Below, in pieces: positions 34,132 through 49,053 of a stretch of 64,000 bases of DNA; positions within the stretch are counted from its first letter, which is position 1, and each line of letters begins with the position of its first letter. The notes beneath the pieces are model-generated. The model ran no database searches. It saw nothing but the letters and a program-made list of their open reading frames with translations, and was not told the DNA's origin. The position numbers and the translations under genes were made by a program. This DNA is from Cyanophora paradoxa CCMP329 (lineage: Eukaryota; Plantae; Glaucophyta): the NCBI GenBank assembly GCA_004431415.1, contig QPMI01000453.1:1-64000 (forward strand), in the 5' to 3' direction.

Positions 34132-37100
34132 TACAAGCTGCAGCAGCTAGAAGAATTCTGCTGCCGCTGGGACGTCGATGTAGCGGGCGTGCAGGAGCTG
34201 TCGATGACAAGGCCCCAGATGGCCGCCGCCCTGAGGTCGAGAGGGGAGGACCCGCTCCAGCCGGAAGGCGCGATAACGCACGGAAAGCTCCTGTACACGC
34301 TAAAATCAGGAGACGGAACGCGAGGGAGCGGCGCCGCTCTCTGGGTCGCGCCGCAATGGGTCAAGCACCTCACGACGAAGTACGAGGTCCAGGGCCGGCT
34401 GATCGGATTCGAGCTCCGCTTCAAAGGGAACCTCCAGCTCTTCGTGGCGAGCGTGTACATGCCCGCGTCCGAGAGCAAAGCTGCGCATCGCCAGGATCAG
34501 GAGAAGGTCGTCGAAGAACTGACGAAGATGTACGACGACTTCTACGAGCGTGAAAACGCGCACCTGCTGCTCCTGGGAGACTGGAACTCGGTCCCGGTCC
34601 CGTCGAGCTCGCGCATCCGAAACGGCGCCCTGGCCCAGAGCCACAAAGCCGAACGGAAGTGGTGGCACACGATGATCGACTCGTGGGACCTGCGCGACGC
34701 CGGGATGTCCCACGCGGCGAAACATGATGACGGAACTCTCTGCGGAGCACGCGAGATCACGCACCGCACCCCGCACGGAAGCAAGGGCCAAGGGGCGTCG
34801 GTCGGGGCGGCGGCGGCACCTGTGCCGTCAGACGGCGTAGACGAGTCAGAGGACGCGGAACGCGAAGCAGAGGAGGAAACGCCGGCTGACCTACCAAAAG
34901 ATGCGCTCTGGCACGCGGCGCGCATCGATGCAGTGCTGGTCTCGGAATCACTGGATCACGTGCTCCTCAGCGCGCACACGTGCCCCGCGTGGGTCGATGC
35001 GCCGCACGACTCGGACCACTATCCAGCGTTCGCGGACTTCGACCTGAAGGAGGCGGGCATGACAGCGCCGGTGGGACCGAAGCCAGAACCGAAACCCGGG
35101 CCACCAGTATTTGACCCGGACGGCCTGAAGCGCACACAAAACGAGAAAGATGAGCTGAAAAGAGAGCTAAACAGGCAGCTCGGCGAAGCTGTCGGGGCGG
35201 ACCTTGACGCCGTCGGCGAGGGCACGCCGGAAGAGCGTCTCGAACGACTGAGCCGCATCCACGCTGCGTGCGCGAGCCTTGTTCAGGAGGTGGCAAAGGA
35301 ACATCTATGCATGAGGGGCCGAGGGGGAAGCCGACCAAGCCGCGCAACCTGCCGTGGCAGGCGAAGGCCGACGCCAGAGTCGCCCGCATTCTCGCTGCTT
35401 GGAGGAAGGAACCAGGCGGGATCCCGTCGGAGCTGACGGTCCAGGCGATCGAGAAGCTGCTGCACTACGTGACCGCCAGGGAAGGCCTCCGACCCTTCCC
35501 GCTCCGTCCGGCTGAACGGCGCCAAGCAAGGGCTGAGCAAGGCTCACCGCCGCCCGGATCCCCACATGCGCACTCGAGCTCGCACAGCTCACAAGGCTCG
35601 CGCAGCGGTAGCCCCGCGCCGGTCCCAGCCGTACCCCGGTCCCCAGGTACCCCCCCGGCTGATCAGGAAGAGGACTGGGCCGAGGTGCACCGGCGGCAGC
35701 TCAAAGAAGACTGGGCGACCTTCTTCCGGGAGCTGAAAGTATGGCGAAACCGGACGCGGCACGACCTGCAGAAAATCCGCCGGGCGCTCCAGGCGGAGGA
35801 CGTCGAGAGGGCATTAAAAGAGAGGCTAGACAAGTTCATGGACGGCCGCCAGCTCGGATCCTATATAGCCGCGGTGCTAGAAAAGCCGCGAAACCGCCCG
35901 ATCATGCACATCACGCGTGTGTCCAAGGACGGAAAAACGTATGAAATCTACACGGAGCCTGAGGAAGTGAAACGACTCCTAAAAGAGCACTGGCGGAAAT
36001 GGTGCCGGCGCCGACGCCCACGCGTGGGCTGCACCCCAGAGACAATACCGGAAAGCGCGCTGAAGGATAGCATGGGGAAAGAACTGCTCGACTTCTGGAG
36101 GTTGGAATACGAGCCAAAAGCATACGCGGATCCTGAACTATTCCGAAACGACATGTCGGTGCCGAGCGAAGGCGAGCTCGGCGACTACATTAAAACGCTA
36201 AGAAACACGGCAGCCGGGCCGTCGAACTTCTCGTATGCTATGGTAAAGTTCCTATGGGCGCCGGTGCCCAAGCCGAAGCCCAAAGACGGTAAGGGCGACG
36301 AGGCCGGTGGCCCAGCGCCGGAGGGCCCGAGCCCAGCCGACGAGAGCGCCGAGGAGGCCACGGAAGAGGAGCCCGTACACTGGGGCCGGAAGCTGCTGCT
36401 CTCGCTGGTGGCTGAAGCGATCCGCCTCCGGGACCTGCCGGATGCCGTGTGTCAGGGCAACATTCTCGGCATTACTAAGAGCCGGGAGTGGGACGGGGAT
36501 ATCGAAAATAACCTGCGACCGATCACCCTGCAGGAGGTGGCCTTGAAGCTGACCACTGGCCTCCTGAACGCGCGCCTGTCCCGGACAATCCATCAGAACG
36601 GGCTCCTGAAAGGGGCCAACTACGGCTTCAGACCTGGTTGCTCGACGGACGACGCCCTCCACGTCTTTAACGCAGTCCTCGAGGACGCGAAGGAGTTCAA
36701 GAAGCCCCTGTACATCCTGCTGCAGGATATCAGGCGAGCGTACGACTCCGTCTCGTGGGAGAGCATGGAGCTCTCGATGCGGAGGCTGAACGTACCCGAG
36801 GGGTACATCGAGCTCCACAGGAACATATTCCGGCGCCGCAGGGCGCGGGCAATCTCCGGTCACGGCCTCTCCGACGAGTTCGAGCTCGAGTGCGGGCTGC
36901 CGCAGGGCGGTGTCGAGTCGCCGCTGCACTGGCTGATCTTCTACGATGCCCTCCTCTGCGCGCAAGAGCGCCTGGATCAGCACGAGCGCCAGCACGGAAA
37001 GAAGACGGCAAAGACGATAGAGCACTATGCCCACCCGAGAGCTGGGAGGAGCCGGGCACGGCGTACGTGATGGGGAACCCGAGGGAGACCGATGCTGCGG

Positions 37101-40100
37101 AACGCGAGGGCCGGGCCCGCGTCAGCGGCGTGGCGTACGCCGATGACACGAAGTGGATGAGCGGAAGCATGCGGGGGCTACAGGCCCAGGCCGACGTGGC
37201 CGGCGAGTTCTTCCGCCTGCACGATATCGAGGTCAACGCGAAGAAGACGATCTTCACGTGGAACAACGCACGTCGCGAAGTTGAGAGCAAACCTGGGGCC
37301 CACCCCGCCGCGAAGAAGAAGGAGAAGCAGCCCTCCCCGCCGAAGATCAACGGTACCCCCGTCGGACTTGTCCGCCAGCCCCAAGAGCACTTCAAGCTCC
37401 TCGGGGTATACATGAGCGCAAACCTGAACTGGGATCGTCAGTGGCAGTACATCTGCGATCAGGCGCGGGCGCAGTCGCGCTGATAGAACGCAAGAAGCTC
37501 ACCGCGAACGAGGCCTGCTACCTTGTCGAGGCCGTAGTGCAGGCCCGCATCTCGTACGGCCTGAAGCTCATGACCCTGAGCGAGAGTCAGTGCCAGGAAC
37601 TCGATCGTATTTGGATGAGGGTCGTCAAGCACCACGGGAACCTCGCCGCCTCGACGACGAATTACGCAATCTGGAGCCACGGGGGTACAGCCTCAAACGA
37701 ACAGCCCACCTGCAAGCGGAGGCGCAAATCACAGAGGCTCAGATCCGGCTCTGCGCGCCCGAGGGCTCGCTGCTGGCTCGGGGGGTACGGCACCGGGTGC
37801 GCGCACTGCAGGAGAAGCTTGGGGTGCCTCTGCTCCCGACCGAGTTCCTAAACGCGCCCATCTCCAGCGAACTCGCCCGCGGGAACTCCCTGGCGGCGAT
37901 CATGCCGCAAATGCAGCGCCGTAAGTACCGGCTGATGTCGAATCACGCGCGCTATGCGGCGTTCCGCACCTTGCCCGGGGCGGAGCCTTGGCCTGACCCG
38001 GAGCGCCTCGACCGGCGCTACGTCGTGGCAATGCACATCCCAAGATCCGTCTTCAGCGTCGCGGCCCCTGCCCTGTACGGGCGGGCGTGACGACCATGGA
38101 CGCGGTGACGGCAGCGGACGGCGAGACCCTGCGAACCTGGCAGGACCTGTACATGGGCGCGCCCAAGGGGACGCTGCAGAAGAGCGAGCCTGCGTGGTGG
38201 CGTGAGGTAGCGAACGCGCTCGCGGTTGATGGGAAGCAGCTGCGGCACCCGATGCGGCGGGCAGGAGAGCGCGCGTCAGCCATGGCCTCGCTCCCTGGCG
38301 GGGCCCGGAAGGTGAAGTGGGCAAAGGACGCGTTCGTAGCCGTATTTGAGGCGGAGCAACTGCACGATGAATCTGCCGAGCCCCACGTGGGGCGAGTCGT
38401 TACGTTCAAATCCGAGACGGGCAGCATATTAGCGTCGGAGTACCTGCTGGAGCACTGGGTGCCGGTGCCAAAGGGCGCGGACCCCGACGCGGAGAAAGAG
38501 GGACTCTACTGCCGGTGCGACGGTCACTGCCGGCACCCCGAAATAGAGGGGCGGACGAGCACGTACACGGCGGTGCAGGGGACAGGGAAGCAGTACTGGC
38601 ACCATGACGACCGGTGCACGCGCAATGCTCCATCGCGCTGCCCCGAAATGAGTCAGTGCGACGGCTCGTGGACGCACGGGAAGGGCTGGTGGGAGGAGGA
38701 GGATACCCTCCTCGCCTTGGAAGGCGAACCGACGGAGGAGACGCCGGCGGTAGCGGCGGGTCAGGAGACGAAGTCGAAGCGCGGGCGCAAGCAGGTCGCC
38801 CTGCGACCGACCTTGGAGTACTACGACCCGGGCCTGCGCACGCAAGACGACGAGAAACGCAGGGCGCTGCTTCTCCAGGCCCGCGTGAAAGCCGTACAGG
38901 ATGGTGACGAGCGCTTCCTCCGCGAACAGCTGAGCCCGGAGGCCGAGGCTGAGCTGCAGGCCGCGCTGGAAGTGGCTGCGGCGGCGACGCCGGGCGCCGA
39001 GCCGCGGGACGAGGCACAACCTGTGTCAGATTCAGCAGAGCAGAGCGAACTCTACTACGCGGGCGGAGCGCCGCGCCACTGGGACTCCCGGGCGGCGCAG
39101 GAAGGGGTCACCCTCACCGTTTACTGGCAGCACATGCTGGCAAATTGGGAGCAGATCGAAGAGGCGGAACTCGCGAAGCTCGGCCGTCGCCCGGGGAAAC
39201 TCGAGCAGTGGATATGGACGGACGGGAGCCTGAAGAAGGGTCAAACGGAAGGGGCGCACGCGGGCCTCGGCGTCGTGAGCCCGGCTGAGTTCCCGGACGG
39301 GACCGTGGCGAACCACCCGGAATGGGCAGGCACGTACGTTGGCAGGCTGCGCGGGCTTCAAGAGAACAACAAGGCTGAGCTCCAGGCTGCGATCGTCGCC
39401 GACGTGCTCGCGGCGCAGGGGGTGCGCCTGCACACGGACAGTCAGAACGTCTGCACGTGGTTCGATAAGTTCGTGCTGAATGCGCACGATATGCACATGC
39501 GAGACTACATCCGGAACACGTGCAGCGCTGAGCTGTACGCGTGGTCCAAGTTCCGCGCCCTGGTGATGGGACGGGATCGGCAGCGGCCGGCTGCGGTTAT
39601 CAAGGTCAAGGCGCACAGCGACGAGGATATGCACGAGCTAAACGACGCCGCCGACAGAGCGGCCGATCAAGGCGCGCACCTGGAACAGGAGGAACTGGAC
39701 GAGAACATCTTCCTGCCGCCCGAGTTCAGCATGCCGGCAGTGCTGACGATCGAGGGACCGACCGGGATAGTCAGGCGAGTCGAAGGCGACCCTCGGCGGC
39801 ACGCCGCTGTGCTTCACGCGCACCACACGCACTTCGCGTGGGCGAACCAGCTCAAGGCCGGGGAGTGGCTACGGCTGCCAGTGGATCACGGCGCAGTATA
39901 CGATCAGATGGCTATGGGGCCCGCCGAGTCGGAGTGAGCCGAGAGAGCAACTGCTTCCGGGGTACGCACATGAAACTCGTTTTGGGTACGGTGGCGACGG
40001 CCCTCGTCCGCAAGCGAGACGCGCCCGAGCTCTACAGCGAAGTGAACCCGGCAGGACTCTGTGCGCTCTGCAGCACACGGGAAATCGATGGCGACGGCCG

Positions 40101-40697
40101 GCCCCAGCTTGTGACTGGGCCCGAGGAGACGCTGGAGCACGTCCTCACCTGCCCCAGCGCGGTGGCGACGGAGGCGCGCACCGCTGCGGAAGCACGCATC
40201 GCAGCGACGGTCAGCGAGGCCCTCGAAGGCGCGCAGAAGCGGTCAGTGCCACACGCGCTCTCCAGCTCCCTGAAGGTCACGAGAGTAAACGACCCGACGC
40301 TCACGGCAGCTGAACGGCAGGCGCAGATGTGCGTGCTACGGGGGCTGCCCCGGCGGGCCTCACCGATATGATTCGCGAGACCGTCACGGACGCCAAGAAA
40401 GCTGCCCAGGTCGTGCGCAAGCTGACGACGGCCATAGGCGAGCAGGCCCATAAAACGTGGGCCGCCAGATGCCAGGCGTACGCGGAGTGGGAGAAGGCGT
40501 GCGGGATCACGAAGGTCATGAAAGAACGTCGCGCCAAGGCGAAGCGCACTGAGGCGCGCGGGCGCGAGGCCGACGCGCCGCCTGACGATACGGCTGGCAA
40601 CGCTCGCAGGAAGCGCGCGGATCCGGAGCCCCGGCAGCGGGAACGCTGCAGGGAGTGCGGTGCCCTCGAGTCCCGCCACCAAGGCGGGAAACCCTAG
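34132..40697 (+). pseudogene. LINE polyprotein remainder: APE endonuclease, RT, RNase H, CCHC domain (several frameshifts)
   Basis: APE: GVQE, SVYMP, LLGDWN, RIDAVL, SDHYP; RT: RPITL, YGFRPG, QDIRRAYDSV, GLPQG, YADD, LLGV; RNase H: WTDGS, KAELQA, HTDSQ, VKAHS, NDAAD; CALC..ETLEHVLTC; TWAARC. Confidence 0.92.
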
Positions 40698-41369
40698 CCC
40701 TCTCACACCTGAGCTGCCCGCCAGACGACTACGGCTGGGTCCGGGCTTCAGCGGCCATGCAAGTATACGACCATACGAACAGGTATGCTTGGGGCGTGGG
40801 CACACAGAGGGCGCGCCCGCGCTAGAGGGAGACACTGGGGGATTGCGGTCTGGGGGCGGGGCCGGAGGACGCAACACCAACAAATGGAGGCGGCGGAGGC
40901 GACGGCAGGAGGCGGCCAGTAGCCCAATCTACTGGGGCTGGCGAGGAGCCTGGCACACGGCGCGGCGAGGCCCTTGGGCAGCGCTGGCGGCGGACATACC
41001 ATGATTGGGAGTCTTTTGTAGAGATAGGACCTCGTAGCCGGGAGTTTAGGTTGGTTTAGAAATCGATACAGCTAGCTTCCACATCATTAGTATTAGTTAG
41101 AAACCTCCTTAGCTAGATATCTAGACACGAAACCTTCAAACCTTTCGTTCATTTTGTACTTTCTAAAGCACAGCATACGACGGTCCTCGATAGTATCTAG
41201 TCGGAGAGATTTATTGGGCGATGTGAAACTCATTGTAGTTGTGTTGTGTGCTAATGCAAGAGATTTTAAGGCCGATATGGCCTAGGCCTAGGGGCCCAGG
41301 TCCCGCACCCGCCCCGCTTGCGCTCATGATCACCTGCGCAGCGAATAGTTTAGTCGAACGTACTACTAC

Positions 41370-41371
<2 letters not shown>

Positions 41372-41439
<68 letters not shown>
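41372..41439. repeat. (TA)n microsatellite
   Basis: About 34 TA units. Confidence 0.98.
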
Positions 41440-41440
<1 letters not shown>

Positions 41441-42275
41441 GTAGAGAATTCGAATGCGCATGCGGAAGTCAGTGTTCGTCGTGCCACTGCGGCAGGCTTG
41501 CGCGCGGGTGAAATTTAAACTGATTATGATCATATCTAGATCTATGCATGCATATGAGGCAGCGCTACGCACAGATGCATACGTGCGCGAAGGGGCGCGA
41601 GAGAGACCCTGGCGGGCCCACGCCCAGCCCACCCCGCGGCTGTCCGCTGCAGTTGGTAGGATAGATATCGTCATTCAGGCCGCGCTGATCGCTCCCTGGC
41701 TTCTGGGCCTGGCCTGCCAGACGCGTTCCGCCGATCCCAGCAACAGCCTCGAGCTCCGAGGCTCACGGATCACTTGTCCCTGCTGCGCGCGATCATCAGC
41801 AAGCGCATAGCAGAGCTCGGAAACGTGCTGCATGCGCACGATACGTACATATATGCGTGTCGCAGTGCGGCGCTTCCGAGTTCTGCCGATCGATCGCGAC
41901 GCAGCCGCAGCGCTAGCTACAGCCTACAGGCTACGTACAGCCTGGTACAGGCTGATCGGAAGCGCTACGCCGCTATACCGTACGCGTCGGGCACTAAATT
42001 ACCGCGGCATAAATTACCGCGTTTTAAAACCCGGCCCGCCATAGAGCAAAATACCGCGGTACCAAATTACCGCGTTTTAAACTTTTGAGGCTTAAATTGT
42101 GTGGGGCGGTAATTTGGGGGGGTACTGTATGGGGCGACCTCTCAGCAGCAAATTACCGCGGCACCAAATTACCGCGTGTTAACATGTACAAACTTTTGGC
42201 GCAGTGAATACGCAAACACCGCGGCCGGTACGTATACCGGCAGTACTACGTATACTAGTAGTGCCGCAGCCGTTA

Positions 42276-42541
42276 CCGTCGGGCACTAAATTACTGCGGC
42301 GTTAATTAACGCGGTTTCAAAAATGGCCGGCCTCTGAGCGAAATACCGCGGTACCAAATTAACGCGGTTTTAAAAATTTGAGGCTTGTATGGGGCAGTAA
42401 TTTCAGGGGTACTGTATGGCCATGGGGCGACTTCTCGCATCGAATTACCGCGGCACCAAATTACCGCGTTTTAACAAACTTTTGGCGCGTTAATTTGGTA
42501 CCGCGTTAGTTAAGTGCCCGCGGTACTTAAGTGCCCTACGG
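42276..42541. mobile_element. TA-flanked MITE (Tc1/mariner-pogo-like termini); related partial copies at about 41986-42200 and 49806-49844
   Basis: TA|CCGTCGGGCACTAAA ... TTAAGTGCCCTACGG|TA; internal AAATTACCGCG repeats. Confidence 0.65.
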
Positions 42542-42899
42542 TACTGACTAGAGCCTCGGAGGGCGACGGAGGCTGATCATGCTGCGAGTGATTCATGCAC
42601 TGAGTCATCAGGATTCAGCCGCTGAGCCTGGCATATTCAATGATTGTGGCAATGGGCTGGCAAAGCCTGGCATGCGCGCGCAGGATCGCAGCATGCGCAT
42701 GCAGATTCGAATTCGCAGGATCATGATCACCAGATCATCCGATGATTCAATTAATGATTCCCACTCTGAATTTCGAATTCCGAGCTGCATGGAGGTTCGG
42801 ATCCGGATATCGATCGCGATCGCGATCGCTACTGCTGCGCTAGCGCTAGCGCTCCAACGTTAACCGGCCGTTGAACGGCAGGAGACTCTGAGGAGCCTC

Positions 42900-44810
42900 G
42901 GAGAGAGCTCGAGGAGAGAGCCAAGGAAATCAACCAAAGACGGGGAATCCAACAAAAAGGGCCCACAGGAAATTCCGAAAGTTCAGGAGCCGATTTCTCG
43001 GGCTGGATCGAGGGGCAACTCGGGGGCGGCGGCGGCGGAGGCCTAGGGCGGGGCGGCCCGGACTGGCCATGGTGCATGCCGCGCTGGCGGGGGCTCACGG
43101 GGCCCATCGCGATCGACAGACCGCGAAGTGTCGGGCACGAGGTTCGGGAGCCTGAGGGGGGGCTCTGGTTCCGCGTGGTGGGCGAGCTGCACGGGGTGCG
43201 GGCCGGGCCGGCCCCGGGCGGTAGCTGAGGTCCCGCTTGCACAAGGGGCACACGCTGTGCTCCGCGACCCACCTGCGGAGCGGACAGTAAGGCCGCGGGG
43301 AGCGGCGGCGGGCGAGGGGGGACGGAAGCGGGCCTGGCGAGGCAGGGGTACCGGTAATGGAAGGCGTGGGAGCAGGGGAGGAGGGCCGCCTCGTCGCCCT
43401 CGGCCGGGGCCGGGACCCCTCGGGCTCGGAGGGGAGGCCCTCGAGGCAGATGGCGCTGCGGTTCGGATCGATGCCTAGCCGCGAAGGGGGGGGGGGTACA
43501 GCCTAGCGCACCGCCACTCCTGGTACTGCTCGGCGCCGGGGCGGGTCCTGCGGCGCTGTCAGCGGAGCCTCGGAGCCCGGGGACGGAGGGAACGAGAGCT
43601 GGCTTGTCGGCGGGGGCGCCGGCGCCGCGGCGGATCCGGATGCGCGGGAACCGATCGCGAGAGAGGTCGACGCGTGGCCCCGCCGAGGGGTCCGGCCCCT
43701 CATCGGGCTGCGAACTCCTCTAAGAGAGCGCCGCCGTTTCCGGGAGGAAGGGCAAAGGACCGTCGGCGTCGGATGTCGGCGAGGATGACGAGGTCCGCCG
43801 CATATGCATGGCGCATGGCGCGGACCTGCCACAGCCGCCACGCTGCGGCGAGAAGTCAGCGGGCGAGCGGGCGGAAGAGGAGAGGAAGGGCCCGCCGATG
43901 CCCAGCGCGAAGAGGACGGTCGATGCGACGATATCGATGAGGACGGCGATGGACATGAGAGCGAAGTTGACGCGCCGGGGCGTCTAGATCTCCTGGACGG
44001 TTGGGGCCGCGGCGCCGTCGCTCCGCGCGAACGCGGCCGACGGGCTGAGGGTGTAGGCGCACGTCCGCTCCGGCACCCCCTCGCGGGCCTGCCCGGCTCG
44101 CATCGGGGACGGAGAGTCTCAAGGGAGCAGGAACGCACCCAGAAGAAGGCGGCAAGGAGGTCGCGATATCGATCGGCATTCTGGTCCGACGCCTCTTCGA
44201 CAAACCTGCGCGGCCGTCGCCGTCGGCGGCAGCTGCAGCGAGCAGAGTGGACGAAGGCGGCGCGGCGCACGCGCGGACGTCCGAGGCCGAGACCGCGACG
44301 GACCACATCCTGGGGGTACAGGGTCGACGAGGGGGGTACGGTTCACGGGGGGCCGGGGTACCTGATGTTGTCGAGGCCGAGGGTGAAGGGCTCGGGGAGG
44401 CCCACGAAGACGTCGCCGCCCGCCGACTGGGGGGTACGAGGATCAAGGGGGGTACGGGACCGGGGGAATGGGCGCACCTCGGGCACGCGGGGCGCTCCCT
44501 GGGCGCTGCCCCCGCCGGCCGACCCCGAGCCCGGGCCCGAGGCCACGAGGGCGGAGCCGTAGTAGAGCGAGAGCGTTCGTGCAGGGCCGTCGTACGTCAC
44601 TGGCCGCGCCTCGTCGGCCGCGCTCGCGGGAGTGGAATTGGGGCCGAAGCGTACCTATCCAGCTCTGCCAGGCGCTGGCGTTGGAAGGCGGAACCTGGCA
44701 TAGATCTAGATCGAGAACCGGAGGCGGGGGATCCGGAGAGCGCGAGGCCGCTGCCGGGGGCGAAGCTGAAGAAGGCGGATTCTCGGAGGATGAGGTACCG
44801 GTCTTGCATG
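42900..44810 (-). CDS. Host spliced gene of unknown function, possibly membrane-associated; boundaries approximate
   Basis: Exon-like stretches (YDGPARTLSLYYGSALV, FVEEASDQNADRYRDLLAAFFW, hydrophobic IAVLIDIVASTVLFALGIGG, CAPCASGT). Confidence 0.3.
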
Positions 44811-44819
44811 TTCATTAAC

Positions 44820-46225
<1,406 letters not shown>

Positions 46226-47899
46226 CTAGGCTGACTAGGCTCCGACTAGGGGTACCGGAGTACCGAGTCTGGCGACCAGAGCTTGTAGCGCCAGCAGGGC
46301 CCGTAGGTTGCCAATTCAGCCCGAACGGGAATCCGCGCCGGTAGATCATCGGATCTAGACCGTCTGCCCGAGGTCGCACACCGCCGCATCCCTGACGACG
46401 TCGACGTTTTTCAGATCGATATCCACCTTTCAGATCTCATCGATTGCTCTCCAGACGGGCGCCCGTAAGCTCTTTTTTGCGCTCTTCATCCGCTTGCAAC
46501 GCCCGCACGTGCGCTCCCGTGCAGCTGCCAGCTGCAGCATGCAGCTGCTTGCGATTTGATCGTCGCCGTCCTCGCCGTCCTCGCCGCCGCCCGGTCTCGA
46601 GCTCCCCGCGCGCCCGGCCGCATCGCTTCGCTCGCCCCTCACGCGCGGCGCAGGGCGGCGGCGGCGGCGGGCCGCGCCGTGCGCCCTTTCTGTCCCTCCT
46701 CTCTAATGGGTGGTGCAACTGGCCAGCCAAACGGCTCAGAATTTGAACCAATAAATTAGAATACCGGGACGAGAGAAGGGGGAACGGAAGAGCGAGCGGC
46801 TAGGCGCGGGCACGGAAGGCAGCCGGCGGGCCGGCGCCGGCGGCCTCGGCTGCCCCCCCGAGTTTCTTTCCGGGGTACAGGTCGGAAGGGAGCGGGTCGG
46901 GCTTTCCCGCCCGCCTCTTCGTGTGGGGCCCCGCCGGCGGCTGCGGCTGCCGCTGGGGAAGCGCCGGGGCTCCGGGGCTGCGGACGGCTGCGCCGAAAGT
47001 GCGGCGGGCTTGGGGCGGGGGCGGGGGGAGGAGAAGGGGCTGGGGAGGGGGCGCGCCCCCCTGCCCGAGCTCGAGGGCCCAGAGGGTAGGCGAGTCCACC
47101 CGGAGCCGTTGATGGGTACGGGGATTCCGACCCCGGGCCGCCATCGCGTGGACGGCCTCCGGGGGGGGAGTCGGGGGGGATACCGGAGGCCCGAGCGGAT
47201 CGGGCGCCAGAACGTACGAGGCCGGCGGCGCCGGCGGCGCCGGCGGTGGAGTCACGGCAGAGGCAGGGATCCTGCGGGCGGGGAGCTGCCGCGTCACGGG
47301 CCGGGGGTACGTGATTCAGAGGGGTGGGGGTACGCACTCGCTCAGGAGGTCGGAGCGGTTGGGGGAGGAAACGAGGGAGCGACGGGGGGAGGAGACGACC
47401 GAGCGCCGGACGGGGGAGGAGCGGAGGGACCCCAGCCCGGGCGCCGGGGCCGGGGGTGCCGGCGGGGGGTACGGGTGGGGGTGCGGCGGGTGGGGGTACG
47501 CGGGCCCCGTGAGCAGGTGCGGGAGCTTCTCGAGAACCGGGAAGAGCAGAGCCGCCGGGGCCGAGACGGGGCCGGAGGGCGGGGGGTACAGCGTCGTCGA
47601 GGCGGGCGCCGCCCCCTCCTCGAACCGATCCCTGGGTTCAACACGAGGTCAAGTCAGACTGCTTTTGGAACGCTTGGGGTGCGTAGAGGCGGACGAACCG
47701 CGGCATGGTAGGGGCCGCCGCAGCCGCCTCTTCCAGGCGGTCCCTGTGCTCCTTGCCCAGGGAGCGGAAGCGGGCGTGGATGGCGGCCGCCCGGTGAGCG
47801 TTCGCCTGCGCCTGCGACTGCGCCCACGCCTGCGCCCACGCCGCCTCCTGCTGCGCCTGCGTCGTTGTTAGATGTAGCGGAAGGAACGAAGCAGGCCGT

Positions 47900-49017
47900 T
47901 GTTAGATGAGCGCCGCTCTTGGCTCTAAGCCGCTCTCTTAATGGCGGCTGCCGCTCTAAGACAAGGGCTTGTAGATATCCAGGCTAAAAAGGGCTTGTAG
48001 ATATATGTTTGTAGACGAAGGACCGAACGCGCCTGCGCGGCGAGGAACGACGCCTGCAGCATCTGCTGCTGGGCCGCCATCGCCTGCAGCGCCGCCTGCT
48101 GCTGCGCGAGCGCCTGCATCTGCTGCTCGTGCTGCAGGGCCGCCGCGTCCATCTGCGAGAAGGGTACGGTTGAACAGAAGGAACGGGCGGGGGGGCAGGG
48201 GGGCTGACCTCTGCCTGGGACGGCTGCGGCGCTTCTCCTCCCTCCCGCCCTCCCTCACCCCCCTCATCATCCTCCCACTCTTCTTCGCGCTCCAGCGGCA
48301 GCGGCAGCGCTGGCGCCGCGGGGAGGGGGCCGCGCCGCCGGCCCCCGCCCTCCCCCTCATCCTCCTCCTCCGCCTCCGCCGCCCCGTCCCCCGCGCGCCC
48401 CGCGGCGGCGGTGGCGGCGACGTTGTCGGCGAGCTGCCGGCGACCGGTCGTCCGACGGTCAGGCCCGCGTCGAGGGGATAGAGAAGAGAAGAAAGAGGAT
48501 ACGTAGGACCCGCTGCAGGAATCAGGGCAAAGAGCTCTCACAATTAGACTCGTGTTAGACTCTTGTAAGGCTCTATAAATCTCTTAATAGACTCCTATAA
48601 GGAATCCATAGAATAACAGGGCCCGACCTGCTGGAGGAACCGTGGCATCGAGCTGGAGCGCCGCAGGGGAGGCCGGCCGTCCCCCTCCCGCCCGGGAAGC
48701 TGCTGCTGCGTCTGCGGCGGAGGCGGAGGCGGCTGCGGCGGATGAGAGTCAGAGTGGGGAAGAAGGAGAAGAAGCGTGGCGAGCCCGTAGCTAGGCGGCG
48801 GCTGCCCGCTTCAGAGGACGGGGCGGGGCGGGGCGGGGCGGGGCGGGGCGGGGCGGGGCGGGGTGGGCGCACGCTGCTTCCTCCCCCTCCCCCCCCTCCT
48901 GCTTGGGGGTCCGAGAGCCTCGAGCCGTCCGCCCCGCCGCCGCCGCCGCCGACCTCCGTCCCCGCCCGCCGCGCGACGCGGCGGGGCGCCGGCTCCTCGC
49001 CGCCGCCCCCGCTCGCC

Positions 49018-49053
<36 letters not shown>

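Larger units (their letters stand above)
16530..40697 (+). mobile_element. Non-LTR retrotransposon (APE-RT-RNase H-CCHC, L1/Tx1-like architecture) interrupted by an LTR element; 3' UTR may extend to about 41,260
   Basis: Removing 16833-34131 restores VLRTMTFNTRGSSA|YKLQQLEEFCCRWDVDVAGVQE; downstream domains listed separately. Confidence 0.9.

Noticed and set aside
16495-41265. Target-site duplication for the LINE (ATGCAA or CTAATG)
   Set aside because: Matches too short to be significant; element ends undefined
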